A stretch of 53,323 nucleotides of DNA from a virus (Duplodnaviria; Caudoviricetes). Every line of letters begins with the position of its first letter. Within the stretch, counting starts at the first letter, position 1. The stretch is taken from the IMG/VR virus record IMGVR_UViG_3300035179_000011, positions 1 to 53,323 of that record. One strand, written 5' to 3'. The notes beneath the pieces were generated by a model. That model made no database searches. It was not told the DNA's origin and saw nothing but the letters and a program-made list of their open reading frames with translations. This document shows, in pieces, positions 26,491-36,687 of the stretch. A program made the translations under genes and the position numbers.

Positions 26491-28070
26491 GCATCGTTGA
26501 ACGCCTCAGAAAAGCCTACGATGGTTTACGCCTCAAACAAGAGGAAACAATGCATGTAACCGCCATTCCAGAAGCATTATCCAGAACACAGAAAAAACCA
26601 ACCCAGCCAGATTATTACCACGGCTGGCAAGGATATCCACGTCAGGTGTATGGCGGCGGAGACTACGTTGATATAAGACAACTCCGAAAACTTGCCTTAA
26701 CACCCACCCCATACATGTGCATTCAACGGCTCGTCAATGATGTTGTCAGCACGCAGTGGGAAGTCAAGCCGCTCGCAAAAGAGAACCAGACCGAGCCAGA
26801 CGGCACATCAGAAAGCCACGCCAAAATAATACGCGACTGGTTCATAATGAACCTTAACGAAAACCGCGAACCCTTCGCTCACCTTCTAACTAAAGCAGTA
26901 ACAGATTTGCTTGTGCTTGACGCTGGAGTGTTCTTCAAAGAATACGCTAAAGGATCGAATCATCACATGGTTCAGCTTTGGAGTGCCGACGGCGGCTTGT
27001 TCTGGAAAGAAGTGGACATTTTCCAGAGAATAGGCAGAATCCAAGACGTAACCATTGGCGAAAAGTTATATAAAAACTATAAGGTGGGGTACTGGTTCAA
27101 TTCGCAAGGCGAACCAAAAGTTCCGTGGGAACTGCACGAAATAATATACATGATGCAGGCACCACGCACCGATATTCCTTATGGCACAAGCAAAGTGCAA
27201 ACACTCAAAACCATAATTGCCAGTCTAATGCACGGCGAAGAATACTACTACGACTTTTGGAAGGCTGGCGGCGTAGGATCAATAATGATTGGCACGAAGG
27301 AAGCTTTAACAGAGCCAGTTTGGAAAGAATGGAGCGACAGAATCAAAGAGAAATTGAAAGGCGAGTTCATCAAAACTTTGCCGCTAGACCACGAACCCAG
27401 TGTGCAACCATTAGGATTGAGTCCCAAGGACATGCAGTGGCTCGAAACAAAAGACGAGTACAGGCATTTGGTTATGGCACTTTTCAATACAACGCCAGTC
27501 ATGCACGGTTTCACCGCAGATATTCACAGAGCCACCGACGAGTCCCAAAAAAGCGTCTACATCAAAAATGGGCTTTATCCGCTCTTGAAAAGTTTGGAAT
27601 GGTACTTCAACACGCAAATCATCACCGAATTCTACTGGGACGAACCGAGCACACGCGAATATTACACGCACGGGCACGCGGGCAAGTGGGCGGGGCAAGA
27701 AATAGATTGCCTCTTCCGCTTCAAGTTATACGATCCCATCGGAGAAAAACAGCAACTCGACATTGACCAAGCAAAACTCAAAAACGGATTTGCCACAATC
27801 AACGAAATCAGAAAACAACACGGCGAAAAACCACTATCGTGGGGCGATTTGAACCCGCTGTTCCTGCTAAATCCTCAACAGTGGGCGCAATCGTTTTATT
27901 TCAAAGCTTTAACGCCAGAATCGTTCGCAAGCCTAACGGGCGCGCCAATGCCCAAAGAAGTGCTTGAAGCAGTAAAGCCAGCGACTACACCAGAGCAAGA
28001 CGTTGCAGCGTTCAAAATGAGCAGAATGGAAAAAGCTGATAGGACAATGCAGAAAGGCGTGGAAGAATGA
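26487..28070 (+). CDS. Portal protein
   Basis: 527 aa; DLLVLDAG, EIIYM..PRTDIPYGTS, LSPKDMQWLE, TINEIRKQHGEKP..WGD. Confidence 0.9.
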   Translation: MSIVERLRKAYDGLRLKQEETMHVTAIPEALSRTQKKPTQPDYYHGWQGYPRQVYGGGDYVDIRQLRKLALTPTPYMCIQRLVNDVVSTQWEVKPLAKENQTEPDGTSESHAKIIRDWFIMNLNENREPFAHLLTKAVTDLLVLDAGVFFKEYAKGSNHHMVQLWSADGGLFWKEVDIFQRIGRIQDVTIGEKLYKNYKVGYWFNSQGEPKVPWELHEIIYMMQAPRTDIPYGTSKVQTLKTIIASLMHGEEYYYDFWKAGGVGSIMIGTKEALTEPVWKEWSDRIKEKLKGEFIKTLPLDHEPSVQPLGLSPKDMQWLETKDEYRHLVMALFNTTPVMHGFTADIHRATDESQKSVYIKNGLYPLLKSLEWYFNTQIITEFYWDEPSTREYYTHGHAGKWAGQEIDCLFRFKLYDPIGEKQQLDIDQAKLKNGFATINEIRKQHGEKPLSWGDLNPLFLLNPQQWAQSFYFKALTPESFASLTGAPMPKEVLEAVKPATTPEQDVAAFKMSRMEKADRTMQKGVEE

Positions 28071-28153
28071 ACAAACTGAAAACAACTCTTTCCACGCAAG
28101 TTTGAAACCTCTATCAAAGTTATAGGAAAAACAGTTAAAAAAGAGGAACCCCA

Positions 28154-28441
28154 ATGAGAAGAGACAAATTAACACTAAGAATAGCCATAATGGAAGCCGC
28201 GCGAACGCCGAAAATCCTAACTCATCTAATGAACAAAACAAACATGAATGGGGGTATGCTAAAACGAGAACTCGAAAACTTGACAACAAAAAATCTTGTG
28301 ACGACAACAACGTTGCCTAAAGAAACATTTCGTAAATATCAAAAAAGAAAGAGAAACTCTAAACACCCCCACTACGTCTTAACGCCCGAAGGAATAGAAC
28401 TTCTCAACTCATTAAAAAACGCCACGGTTCTGATGGAATGA
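28154..28441 (+). CDS. Archaeal-type winged helix-turn-helix regulator
   Basis: RRDKL..IMEA...THLMNKTNM...YVLTPEGIELL. Confidence 0.8.
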   Translation: MRRDKLTLRIAIMEAARTPKILTHLMNKTNMNGGMLKRELENLTTKNLVTTTTLPKETFRKYQKRKRNSKHPHYVLTPEGIELLNSLKNATVLME

Positions 28442-28698
28442 GCAAATTAATCGTCATAACCAAGCGTGGTCAACAAGCACACACCGATTTGCACTGTCGC
28501 GTGTGCGGAAAAGAATTGATTATAGGAGAGCAAGCGGAAGCACACCAGAACTCTGGAGCAAGACACAGATGCAAAACGGTCTACACATGCCTCGCCTGCC
28601 TCGAAAAAGAAAGCAAACAGGGGTTTTTGGTTTTCCAACCGAAAAGAACCAAAAGATACAATCGCTACCGCAACCCCCTCATTTTTTCCATGCCCTAA
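28438..28698 (+). CDS. Zinc-finger protein
   Basis: CRVCG...CLAC. Confidence 0.65.
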   Translation: MSKLIVITKRGQQAHTDLHCRVCGKELIIGEQAEAHQNSGARHRCKTVYTCLACLEKESKQGFLVFQPKRTKRYNRYRNPLIFSMP

Positions 28699-28781
28699 AC
28701 AGAAACCTTTTTAACAGAGCATTTTTTTATTATTACGAGCATGAATAGCAACAAGAAAATAGTAGCAACAGAGGTGAACAA

Positions 28782-29189
28782 ATGTTTGAAAAAAACAAGT
28801 TGCTTGAAGCAATCCTCATAATCATTGTCGCGTTGGCTGTCCTAGAATTCTTGGCACCATCCATAGTTGCAATCGACGCAACAAATCTGCCACAATGGCA
28901 AGTCGATGTTGTGCAAACAATTCAGTACTTCTTCAATTATGCACCAATAGCGTTGTTCGGCGGTTTCGCGTGGAGTTTATTTGGCTATCTCAGGTACAAA
29001 TTCGACAACCCAGCAATTGTCTACGATATTAACAAGTTTTCAACGACTCTAATGTGGTGGGTTGGAATAATGACACCGATTTCGCTTGCGTTACCAACAA
29101 AATGGGGGCTGGCTGTAACAGGCATATTGATGGCAATTAAAAGCATCGTCAACCAATTACAAGTTCAAGCAACAAAAACAGCAAGTTAA
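28782..29189 (+). CDS. Multi-pass membrane protein (holin-like candidate)
   Basis: About four hydrophobic helices; GAGGTGA RBS; own TATA box. Confidence 0.6.
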   Translation: MFEKNKLLEAILIIIVALAVLEFLAPSIVAIDATNLPQWQVDVVQTIQYFFNYAPIALFGGFAWSLFGYLRYKFDNPAIVYDINKFSTTLMWWVGIMTPISLALPTKWGLAVTGILMAIKSIVNQLQVQATKTAS

Positions 29190-29335
29190 ACAAGACCGCA
29201 AATCGTTTCGGAGATTAAGTATTTTCCATGCACGAATGCTTTCTCCTTTCTCCAAAGAAACGGGCGGAAATCTTCAAAACCCTTCTTTCTTTCATTATTT
29301 TAAATTTCTACTCAATTAGATTTCTGCTCAACTTC

Positions 29336-29379
29336 TCAATTGATTAATCAAATTTAAATTCAAATGACTAATCAATTGA
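29336..29379. repeat. AT-rich inverted repeat upstream of polB
   Basis: TCAATTGATTAATCA-N14-TGACTAATCAATTGA (14/15 match). Confidence 0.7.
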
Positions 29380-29431
29380 TTGATTTTGCGAGAGGTTATA
29401 AAGGACGTTACTTTCGTTTATTACGATTAAC

Positions 29432-31645
29432 ATGGTCTTGCTCTCGGCAGAATCCAAAAATACTAATGAAAAAGGAACAATACTTGAACTATGGGAAATC
29501 GGCGGTCGCAAACATACTGTCATGCCCCCGTTTCAACCGTATTGTTATTCGCTCAAAATCGTTCATCATGCTAAAACAGAAAAGAAAAGGTTGTTGAGCG
29601 ATTTATCATGGCACACGGTTTGGAAGTGCGAGTTTAAGGACACCAATTTGCTCGAAGCCAACCGCAACAACTGGACGGTAGAAGATACCTTTCCGTTTAA
29701 ACAACGGATTGGCATAGACGTGGGCTATAAGTTTCCGAGTTCGTATCCTAGAGCGATGGCGTGGGACATCGAAACGGCAACCGCTGGCATAAGTCCCGAC
29801 TGGCGAAGAGACAAAATCATCAGCATCGCCACGTGGGGCGACACGCCAGATAGTCACAAGTTCTTCCACGGAGATAGAAAAGACTTCATTCCAGAATTCA
29901 TAGACTTCTTCAACAAATACGACCCTGACGTGCCCACAGATTTCTTCGGCAGATTCTACGATATTCCAACTTTAAAACAGAACTGCCTCGAACTTTCGAT
30001 GCCGTGCAAACTCGGTCGCGATGGTTCACAGCCCTACATAATCAAAAAGGAATTTGAAAGAAAGGGCAAGGGCAAAATCGAGCACACCGTCCGCATCAAC
30101 GGACGCGTGCACTTTGACGTTTCTAAAGAGACAGAAAACGATTACACGTTGACGCTTGCTGGTCTAAAAGGAAAAGGTTTGAAAGAAGTCGCCAGACATT
30201 ACGGTTTAAATCCAGTAACAGTTGACTACTCACAAATCACTAAACTTCCAATCGAGAAATTACAAGAGTACAATCTTTCTGACGCGCGGTGCACCTACGA
30301 AATATGCCAGATTTATTTGAGAGGACTTTTCGAACTTGCCGAATACACGAACATTCCGCTTGACATGATTGTAAACCGCCAGCCCAGCCACATTGGAAAC
30401 TTTGTGATAGGCAGAGAGTTTCAGCCATTAAACATTATTAGCGACGGAGAAAACATGAAGAGGTTTCCACAGTTTTTCCGTGGCGAAAGGAGCAACGAGG
30501 GAGCTTTTGTTAAGTGCTACAAAACTGGATGCTTCTTTAATCCCATCCACAAAGACTTCGCCAGCATGTACGTGAACATCATGCGGGCTTTCAATCTCAG
30601 CCCAGAAACAGTGTCACTTCTAACCATCAAGCCTTACACTGGAAGATACAATTTCGTGGTCAAACATGACTATGCCATAATTGAGGTGCCCGACAAATAT
30701 TCTGGGCAAGTAGTCTGCAAAATCGCTATGACAGACGGCGTACTCCGCAAAATCCTCGACGAAATAGTGAATCAACGCGCCGAATACAAAAAGCTGTGGC
30801 GGGAAACCAGTGACACCCAATATTGGAGCAAAGAGAACAGCAGAAAACTCGTGGGCAACGCACTTTACGGATATAATTTGATGCCACATTCCAAATATGG
30901 CAACGTGCTCGTAGGAGTTCTTGTGGCAGCAATCGGAAGATACATGATTCACAAAGCTGTTGAACAAGAAGAAACAGCAGGCAACGTTCCACTAGAAGTT
31001 GACACAGATGGAATCTGGCTTGAGGAAACAAACCAAACTCAATTTGAAGCCGTCAAGCACTTTCCTTCTGGTTTCAAAGTTGAATACTTAACTATGTCGC
31101 GAGAACAATTCCAAGGCATCATTCTCATTGATGAAAAAAGTTATTTGCTCAAAGATTCCAAGGGCAAAATCACAAAGCACGGAAGCGGAATCCTTGGTCG
31201 TCATATTCCGCCAATCGTGGACGATTTCATAAATGAACTCAGCCAAGCCATCTTTGAAAAACGGGACACCAATGATGTCCTCAGGACTTGGAATAAAAAC
31301 AGGATTAACAGTTACCCCATTGAATCATTCGTCAGCTACGTGACCCTCTCTAAAAGACCAGAAACCTACAAGCAAACCACCTTATACCACAACCTTGTGG
31401 AAACGTTGCGTAAACATAGAGTCCAGCCGAACTGGGGAGATCGTATAAATTTCGTGAAAACCTTGAACAAAGGTTACACGCCAACCATCGTGCTGAAACC
31501 GAACGACCAAATCGATTGCCGATATTATCAAGGTCGTATGGCTTACATAGCAAGTCGTATTCTGAAGAAACCCTTCAAAGAAATTAGAGAGTTTTTTGAT
31601 GGGCAAATAACTCTTAGAGATTTTGGGTGGGAGGAATTCGTGTGA
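29432..31645 (+). CDS. polB: Family B DNA polymerase with 3'-5' exonuclease
   Basis: WDIET, FYDIP, YNLSDA exonuclease motifs; DFASMY, KLVGNALYG, VDTDG polymerase motifs. Confidence 0.93.
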   Translation: MVLLSAESKNTNEKGTILELWEIGGRKHTVMPPFQPYCYSLKIVHHAKTEKKRLLSDLSWHTVWKCEFKDTNLLEANRNNWTVEDTFPFKQRIGIDVGYKFPSSYPRAMAWDIETATAGISPDWRRDKIISIATWGDTPDSHKFFHGDRKDFIPEFIDFFNKYDPDVPTDFFGRFYDIPTLKQNCLELSMPCKLGRDGSQPYIIKKEFERKGKGKIEHTVRINGRVHFDVSKETENDYTLTLAGLKGKGLKEVARHYGLNPVTVDYSQITKLPIEKLQEYNLSDARCTYEICQIYLRGLFELAEYTNIPLDMIVNRQPSHIGNFVIGREFQPLNIISDGENMKRFPQFFRGERSNEGAFVKCYKTGCFFNPIHKDFASMYVNIMRAFNLSPETVSLLTIKPYTGRYNFVVKHDYAIIEVPDKYSGQVVCKIAMTDGVLRKILDEIVNQRAEYKKLWRETSDTQYWSKENSRKLVGNALYGYNLMPHSKYGNVLVGVLVAAIGRYMIHKAVEQEETAGNVPLEVDTDGIWLEETNQTQFEAVKHFPSGFKVEYLTMSREQFQGIILIDEKSYLLKDSKGKITKHGSGILGRHIPPIVDDFINELSQAIFEKRDTNDVLRTWNKNRINSYPIESFVSYVTLSKRPETYKQTTLYHNLVETLRKHRVQPNWGDRINFVKTLNKGYTPTIVLKPNDQIDCRYYQGRMAYIASRILKKPFKEIREFFDGQITLRDFGWEEFV

Positions 31646-32112
31646 AAGGAGGACATAATTTTGGTAAATGCAAAAAATGTTCAAAAGTCCATGTATATCC
31701 AAAACCAAACTTGGGTAAATTTAAAATTCCAAAAAACAGAAAGTGCCAACATTGTCAGTCAAAAGATACATACAGAGGAACGACCAAATATGCGCATTGG
31801 CATACAAATCCCCTAGATAATAAAACGTACCTTTGTAGCAAATGCTATTCTAAGTTGTATGGGAATCCAAAATGGCGACAATATTTTAGACTAATGAGAT
31901 ATAGAGGAAAATTGATTTCTATAGACTTAGGAATAAGAAGAAACATCTGTGAATTTTGCGGAAAAAAAGAAGAAACACAACTACACCATATAAAATATGA
32001 TGATTCTGACATTCTTGCCTACACTGTAGAACTTTGTGCTTTTTGTCATGCTAAAGAACATGGATTTGGCACCGAAATCCGTCCTCCTCAGAGGCAGAAT
32101 AAAAATGTTTGA
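31642..32112 (+). CDS. HNH-type endonuclease
   Basis: CEFCG...QLHHIKY...ELCAFCHAKEH, plus N-terminal zinc fingers. Confidence 0.7.
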   Translation: MKGGHNFGKCKKCSKVHVYPKPNLGKFKIPKNRKCQHCQSKDTYRGTTKYAHWHTNPLDNKTYLCSKCYSKLYGNPKWRQYFRLMRYRGKLISIDLGIRRNICEFCGKKEETQLHHIKYDDSDILAYTVELCAFCHAKEHGFGTEIRPPQRQNKNV

Positions 32113-32232
32113 AGTATTGTTGTGGTTAAGCGGTTGCTTCTTTGGATTAGGAATCGGAGTAATCATCGGCACAATCGCTGGAGCATCAACACACCACAAA
32201 TATGAAGAAAGAAATTGTAGGAGAAACAAAAA

Positions 32233-32469
32233 ATGAAAGAAAAAGAAAAATCGTGTTGCTTCACATGCCGACAATTAAGGTTTGGAGGATTCTTAGACAC
32301 CTTCGACGCTTGCGATTACATGTGTGAATATGAAATTAAAAACGAGAATGGAAAAATCGTGGGTGACGGAAGATCACGTTTGTTCTGCACGCACGGATTA
32401 ACTCCGAAACAAGTCACACAGAAACTCCGCAGAATGGGAACTCGATGTGAAAGGTGGAAAGAAAAATGA
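32233..32469 (+). CDS. Cys-rich hypothetical protein
   Basis: CCFTC...C...CERW. Confidence 0.55.
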   Translation: MKEKEKSCCFTCRQLRFGGFLDTFDACDYMCEYEIKNENGKIVGDGRSRLFCTHGLTPKQVTQKLRRMGTRCERWKEK

Positions 32470-32897
32470 AAATTGGTTTTGATTTAGATGGCGTTCTGCT
32501 AACACAGAATTCAGTTGATATAGTGCTAACAAGAGAGAACGAACCAGCAAAAAGACTCTATTATGAAACACTACAACCACAACTAAATCCATGCATGTTC
32601 GCACACGACGCAGATAAACTCTTTATAATTACAGCACGCGAACAATCTTTGCAACAACTAACGAAAAAACAATGCGACAAGTTCTTTCCGAATATAACCC
32701 TCATACAAATTGCTGTGTCCCAATGGAAAAATGCTGACAAATGGCATGAATGGTTCGTTTCCGTTGCTAAAGCAAAAGCGGAAGTAATCAACCAACTTGG
32801 ATTGGACGTTTATTTTGAGGATATGCCGATTACCGTAGAAAAATTACGTGAACTTTGTAAAAAATGTAAAATCATTCAATATGGTGGTAGAATATGA
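32466..32897 (+). CDS. HAD-superfamily phosphatase (5'-nucleotidase-like)
   Basis: IGFDLDGVL, IITAR, KAEVI...YFEDM. Confidence 0.82.
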   Translation: MKIGFDLDGVLLTQNSVDIVLTRENEPAKRLYYETLQPQLNPCMFAHDADKLFIITAREQSLQQLTKKQCDKFFPNITLIQIAVSQWKNADKWHEWFVSVAKAKAEVINQLGLDVYFEDMPITVEKLRELCKKCKIIQYGGRI

Positions 32898-33211
32898 CGA
32901 GAAGCAAAAGGTTTGACGAATTAGTAGAAGAAATAAAAAAGCTCCATGAAATGAAAAACAGGGATTACGCTGAAGAACAGGATGCCCTTAGTAACTTTCG
33001 CATTTCTGAACGTTTCAACATTCCCGCATGGAAAGGCTGTCTCGTACGAATCAGCGACAAGTTCAGCCGAATCTGTCAACTAGCCACTAAAGCCGAGCCA
33101 GCAGTAAAAAGCGAAACCATCATTGACACGCTGAAAGACCTTGCAACGTATTCTCTAATTTGCATCGAACTCTATGAACAATGGCAAGGGGCAGAGGCGA
33201 ATCCAACATGA
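32894..33211 (+). CDS. DUF1599-like (nucleotide-modification-associated) all-alpha protein
   Basis: KNRDYA..DALSNF...VRISDKFSRI...ETIIDTLKDLATYS. Confidence 0.75.
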   Translation: MTRSKRFDELVEEIKKLHEMKNRDYAEEQDALSNFRISERFNIPAWKGCLVRISDKFSRICQLATKAEPAVKSETIIDTLKDLATYSLICIELYEQWQGAEANPT

Positions 33212-33462
33212 ACTTCATCTTCTATATCACCGTCCAAAGCCCCGAACAATTACACAGAGAAATCGTGGATGTAATTGAAGAATGGTTTCCAAAGAAAGAC
33301 TGGATACAAAGCATCGCCAATATCCAACAAGTTCCTCAAGTAGAAGAGGAAGAAACAAAAAAGGGCAAAAAAAGGAAACTGCAACTCACGTTCGAAGTGA
33401 CAGCCGAAATTTATTCGCGAACACTCAAAAACTTGGTGTTTAAAATTGGACGTACAAACTGA
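33208..33462 (+). CDS. Hypothetical protein
   Basis: ATGA overlap with the upstream gene. Confidence 0.55.
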   Translation: MNFIFYITVQSPEQLHREIVDVIEEWFPKKDWIQSIANIQQVPQVEEEETKKGKKRKLQLTFEVTAEIYSRTLKNLVFKIGRTN

Positions 33463-33868
33463 ACTAGAAATAGTCCTGAACAAGTTGCAAATCCGCTACG
33501 GCAGAGGCAAAGAACTGCACGTCGAGTGGAAGCCCTGCACCAAAAAAGAAAGCGAAAGTTTGGGCAAAACGATGGAACTTCGCGGCGAAGTAAACAAGGA
33601 AAACCGCATGATCTACATTTACGACCGCGACTATGAAGAAGCCGTTCACACGCTCGTGCACGAGTTCTTCGAATACGTTTTCGACTTGCACCTGATTAGC
33701 CCATACGTTACCCTCTACAACCAAATGCAGAAAGCCATGGAACAGTCGTTCATGGAAAACGAATATTATAACAAAGAAGCCATAATCGAAATTTTCACCG
33801 AACTTGAAGTCAAAAAAATGAAGGAAAATAAGGAGGTAAAGAAAAATGAAAAACCTACAAAAAATTGA
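33446..33868 (+). CDS. Zincin-like protein with a HExxE variant motif
   Basis: LRGEV...IYIY...HTLVHEFFE. Confidence 0.5.
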   Translation: MDVQTELEIVLNKLQIRYGRGKELHVEWKPCTKKESESLGKTMELRGEVNKENRMIYIYDRDYEEAVHTLVHEFFEYVFDLHLISPYVTLYNQMQKAMEQSFMENEYYNKEAIIEIFTELEVKKMKENKEVKKNEKPTKN

Positions 33869-34373
33869 GCGAAACATAAAACACATAGAAAACATTCTCG
33901 CGTCGGAAAAAGAGAAGAAATTTGAAGAACTAATCAAACACTACACAGCCCTCTATCCGCGCCTCAAACAAAGACCTGAACAGTACCAACTTCTCGAACA
34001 AATGTTGAAACTGTACGTCCACATCGAATATGATTTGTGGACGCAACTCGAAATACTCTTCAAAAATGAAGACAAAGAAAAGTACCGCCGACTAATGAGT
34101 ATTGCCTTAAAGGTTATGCAGCAGTGGGATAGAACAATGAGCAAACTAGGATTCACGTTCACGGCACAGCCCTACATTCCAAGAGCAGAAAACAAATCTT
34201 ACGATCCGAAGGCAGTGGTAGACCTTCAAGACCGTGTGGACAAAATGATTGAACAAGCCAAAGAAGGCATTGAGAAAACAAGTGAAACTGAAACGCAACC
34301 TGAACCCGAAGAAATCCCCATACATATTCGCAAAAAGAAAAAGAAGGAATCTTTCAATGGAGAAGGAAATTGA
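33846..34373 (+). CDS. Putative terminase small subunit
   Basis: 175-aa helical protein just upstream of TerL; MSKLGFT motif. Confidence 0.5.
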   Translation: MKNLQKIERNIKHIENILASEKEKKFEELIKHYTALYPRLKQRPEQYQLLEQMLKLYVHIEYDLWTQLEILFKNEDKEKYRRLMSIALKVMQQWDRTMSKLGFTFTAQPYIPRAENKSYDPKAVVDLQDRVDKMIEQAKEGIEKTSETETQPEPEEIPIHIRKKKKKESFNGEGN

Positions 34374-34479
34374 GGAAGAAGTCCATCATGTCTGTCCTAA
34401 ATGCGGGCACAAATGGACGACAGTAGAAATCATAATTGTGGAAATTGAGCCAGCAGAATACGATGGTGAACCCGACTAA
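34357..34479 (+). CDS. CPxCG zinc micro-protein
   Basis: HVCPKCGHKW in 40 aa. Confidence 0.55.
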   Translation: MEKEIEEEVHHVCPKCGHKWTTVEIIIVEIEPAEYDGEPD

Positions 34480-36020
34480 TGAAAGGATTCATGCCGTTAG
34501 CCGAAATCTTGCAAAACGTTAAAGAAGGCAGATTTGACTCTGAAGATTTAATCGAATTAAGTCCTTTCAACATTTGTTTGTTCGCCCATACTATGTTGAA
34601 GCTACCGTTTAGCCGTTTCAGCCCAAATCAAGAACGAATACTCGAAACCTTTGATAATCCAGCCAATCGCTATAAAGAACTGCTTTTAACATGCGGAAGA
34701 AAAAGCGGGAAAACAACTATGAGTGCAATCTTCATTCTCAACAGCATCTACAGAATCTTGACACAAATCGACAATCCACAACAGCACTATGGCTTAATGC
34801 CGAAAGAACGCATATACTTCATACTTGTAGGAACAAAACGGGAACAAGTCCAGAACGTCAGTTTCGACTACGTAAAAAGCCTAGCCAAAAGCTCGCCTTA
34901 CCTACGCAACTTCATCGCCAACGAAACAGCAGACGAACTTGTGTTCGAAAAGAACCTTGTGGTGCACTGCCAATCTTCAAGCGCACGGGGCGGAAGAGGA
35001 CTAAGCACTCATACAATAGTATTCGACGAAATCGCCCATTTCCTAGACAACCGAGGAAATCTTAGCGGCACAGAGGTCTACTACGCGTTGATGCCCAACT
35101 TAAAACCGCTTGCACCCGACAGTCGTTCAGTCTTAATCAGTAGTCCCGCAGGAAAACAGGGTATATTCTGGGAACTCTTCAGGGCAGGCGAGCACGTCCA
35201 TACAATGCAAGAGACTCCAGAGGCTGGCGAAGAAGCGTGGCGGTGCGTGTTCCAGTACCCGACTTGGAATTTAAATCCGAAATTGCAGTTCCAGTGTATC
35301 ACTTGTCAAAAAGATAAGAAAACAGAGTGCAACCTGTCTTGCCCTAGCTACGAGTTGAGCATAGACTACAGAGGAAACCCAGAGAAGTTCGAAATGGAGT
35401 ACGGCGCGATGTTCTGTGATACTGTGGATGCCGCTCTCAACGCCGAAAATGTCCAGAGATGCGCGAGTGGACGAACAATAGACATAATCACAGAAGACAA
35501 GAAGACACCCCGCATGTTAAGCCTTGACCCAGCACTCAGCGGAAACAGTTATGCATTATCCATGGGGCACCAAGAAGGCAACTTGGACGTTGTAGACCTT
35601 ATCAAGTACTGGCGTGGAGATCGTGATTTTCCTATTAAAATCAACATTGTTGAAGATTTCATTGAGAAACTTTACAAACAGTTCTACATTACGCACATAA
35701 TCATAGACCAATATCAATCGGCAAGCACCGTGCAACGTCTCCAAGAAAAAGGCATACCAATTTACATGGTCAATGTAACGCAGAAATATAATCAAATGGC
35801 GTATGAGTATCTCATCAACCGCATTAACATGGGTACATTCGTTTTTCCACATCACCGAGAGGCAATTAACGAATTAATATTCTTGCAAAGAAAACAATCG
35901 GGAAAAAGCGTTAGATACGAGGCTGCAATTGGAAGTCAGGACGACATAAGTGACACGTTCGCGAGGCTTATATATACTTTGGACACAGAATCAGGCAAGA
36001 AATTGCATGTGGGGTTCTAA
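34479..36020 (+). CDS. terL: Terminase large subunit
   Basis: CGRKSGKT, IVFDEIAH, ISSP; nuclease motifs LSLDPA, IDQYQ, DDISD. Confidence 0.92.
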   Translation: MKGFMPLAEILQNVKEGRFDSEDLIELSPFNICLFAHTMLKLPFSRFSPNQERILETFDNPANRYKELLLTCGRKSGKTTMSAIFILNSIYRILTQIDNPQQHYGLMPKERIYFILVGTKREQVQNVSFDYVKSLAKSSPYLRNFIANETADELVFEKNLVVHCQSSSARGGRGLSTHTIVFDEIAHFLDNRGNLSGTEVYYALMPNLKPLAPDSRSVLISSPAGKQGIFWELFRAGEHVHTMQETPEAGEEAWRCVFQYPTWNLNPKLQFQCITCQKDKKTECNLSCPSYELSIDYRGNPEKFEMEYGAMFCDTVDAALNAENVQRCASGRTIDIITEDKKTPRMLSLDPALSGNSYALSMGHQEGNLDVVDLIKYWRGDRDFPIKINIVEDFIEKLYKQFYITHIIIDQYQSASTVQRLQEKGIPIYMVNVTQKYNQMAYEYLINRINMGTFVFPHHREAINELIFLQRKQSGKSVRYEAAIGSQDDISDTFARLIYTLDTESGKKLHVGF

Positions 36021-36021
36021 A

Positions 36022-36687
36022 ATGCCTTATAAAGATATAGAAAAAAGAAGAGAGTATAGCAAAGAATACACAGAACGATATAAACAAACACATCCAGAAT
36101 GGAACAAAAAAGAGAAACAAAAACAGAGAATACACAAACTATGGTTTGGACAAAACAACAAAGGAAAGAAAAGTAGACTTCGGCGAATAGAGATACTAAC
36201 AAAATTAGGTGGTTGTTGTATAATTGGTTACGAGACTGAGCCGTTCGAACTTGTCGGACACCACCCATTCAAAATTGAAAACAATCCTGAGTTTATGATT
36301 TGTTTATGTCACAAGCATCACTTTGAATTATTCCATAAGCCTACCGCAAAACAACTAAAAATTCTTACAGAAGGAAGAAAAAAAAGATGGCTAAACAATA
36401 GAGGAAAAACTGTTAGTTGTGCTAACTGCGGAAAAGAAATTTACAGACGGCAATGGCAATTGAAACGAAATAAAACTCATTGTTGTTCTTACAAATGTCA
36501 CATCGAATATCAAAGAAAACAAGGGGCGATACACCCCCAGCCAAAATTAGGAAAATATGTTCATTGTGCTAACTGTGGAAAAGAAATTTACAGACATCGA
36601 CGGGAATTGAAACGAAATAAAAATCATTATTGTTCCTATAAATGCCACAGCGAATATCGAAGAAAACGAGGGACGGAAAAAATTTGA
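36022..36687 (+). CDS. HNH-like endonuclease with two tandem zinc-finger repeats
   Basis: GHHP...LCHKHH; CANCGKEIYR...CSYKCH occurs twice. Confidence 0.65.
   Translation: MPYKDIEKRREYSKEYTERYKQTHPEWNKKEKQKQRIHKLWFGQNNKGKKSRLRRIEILTKLGGCCIIGYETEPFELVGHHPFKIENNPEFMICLCHKHHFELFHKPTAKQLKILTEGRKKRWLNNRGKTVSCANCGKEIYRRQWQLKRNKTHCCSYKCHIEYQRKQGAIHPQPKLGKYVHCANCGKEIYRHRRELKRNKNHYCSYKCHSEYRRKRGTEKI

Noticed and set aside
27125-27766. 213-aa alternative-frame ORF inside portal (and similar ORFs at 34691, 40849 and 40927)
   Set aside because: Explained by the codon bias of the host gene; Arg-rich or antisense sequence with no motifs or RBS
32466-33211. Z-base or other hypermodification pathway
   Set aside because: No PurZ, queuosine-pathway, thymidylate-synthase-like or glycosyltransferase gene recognised
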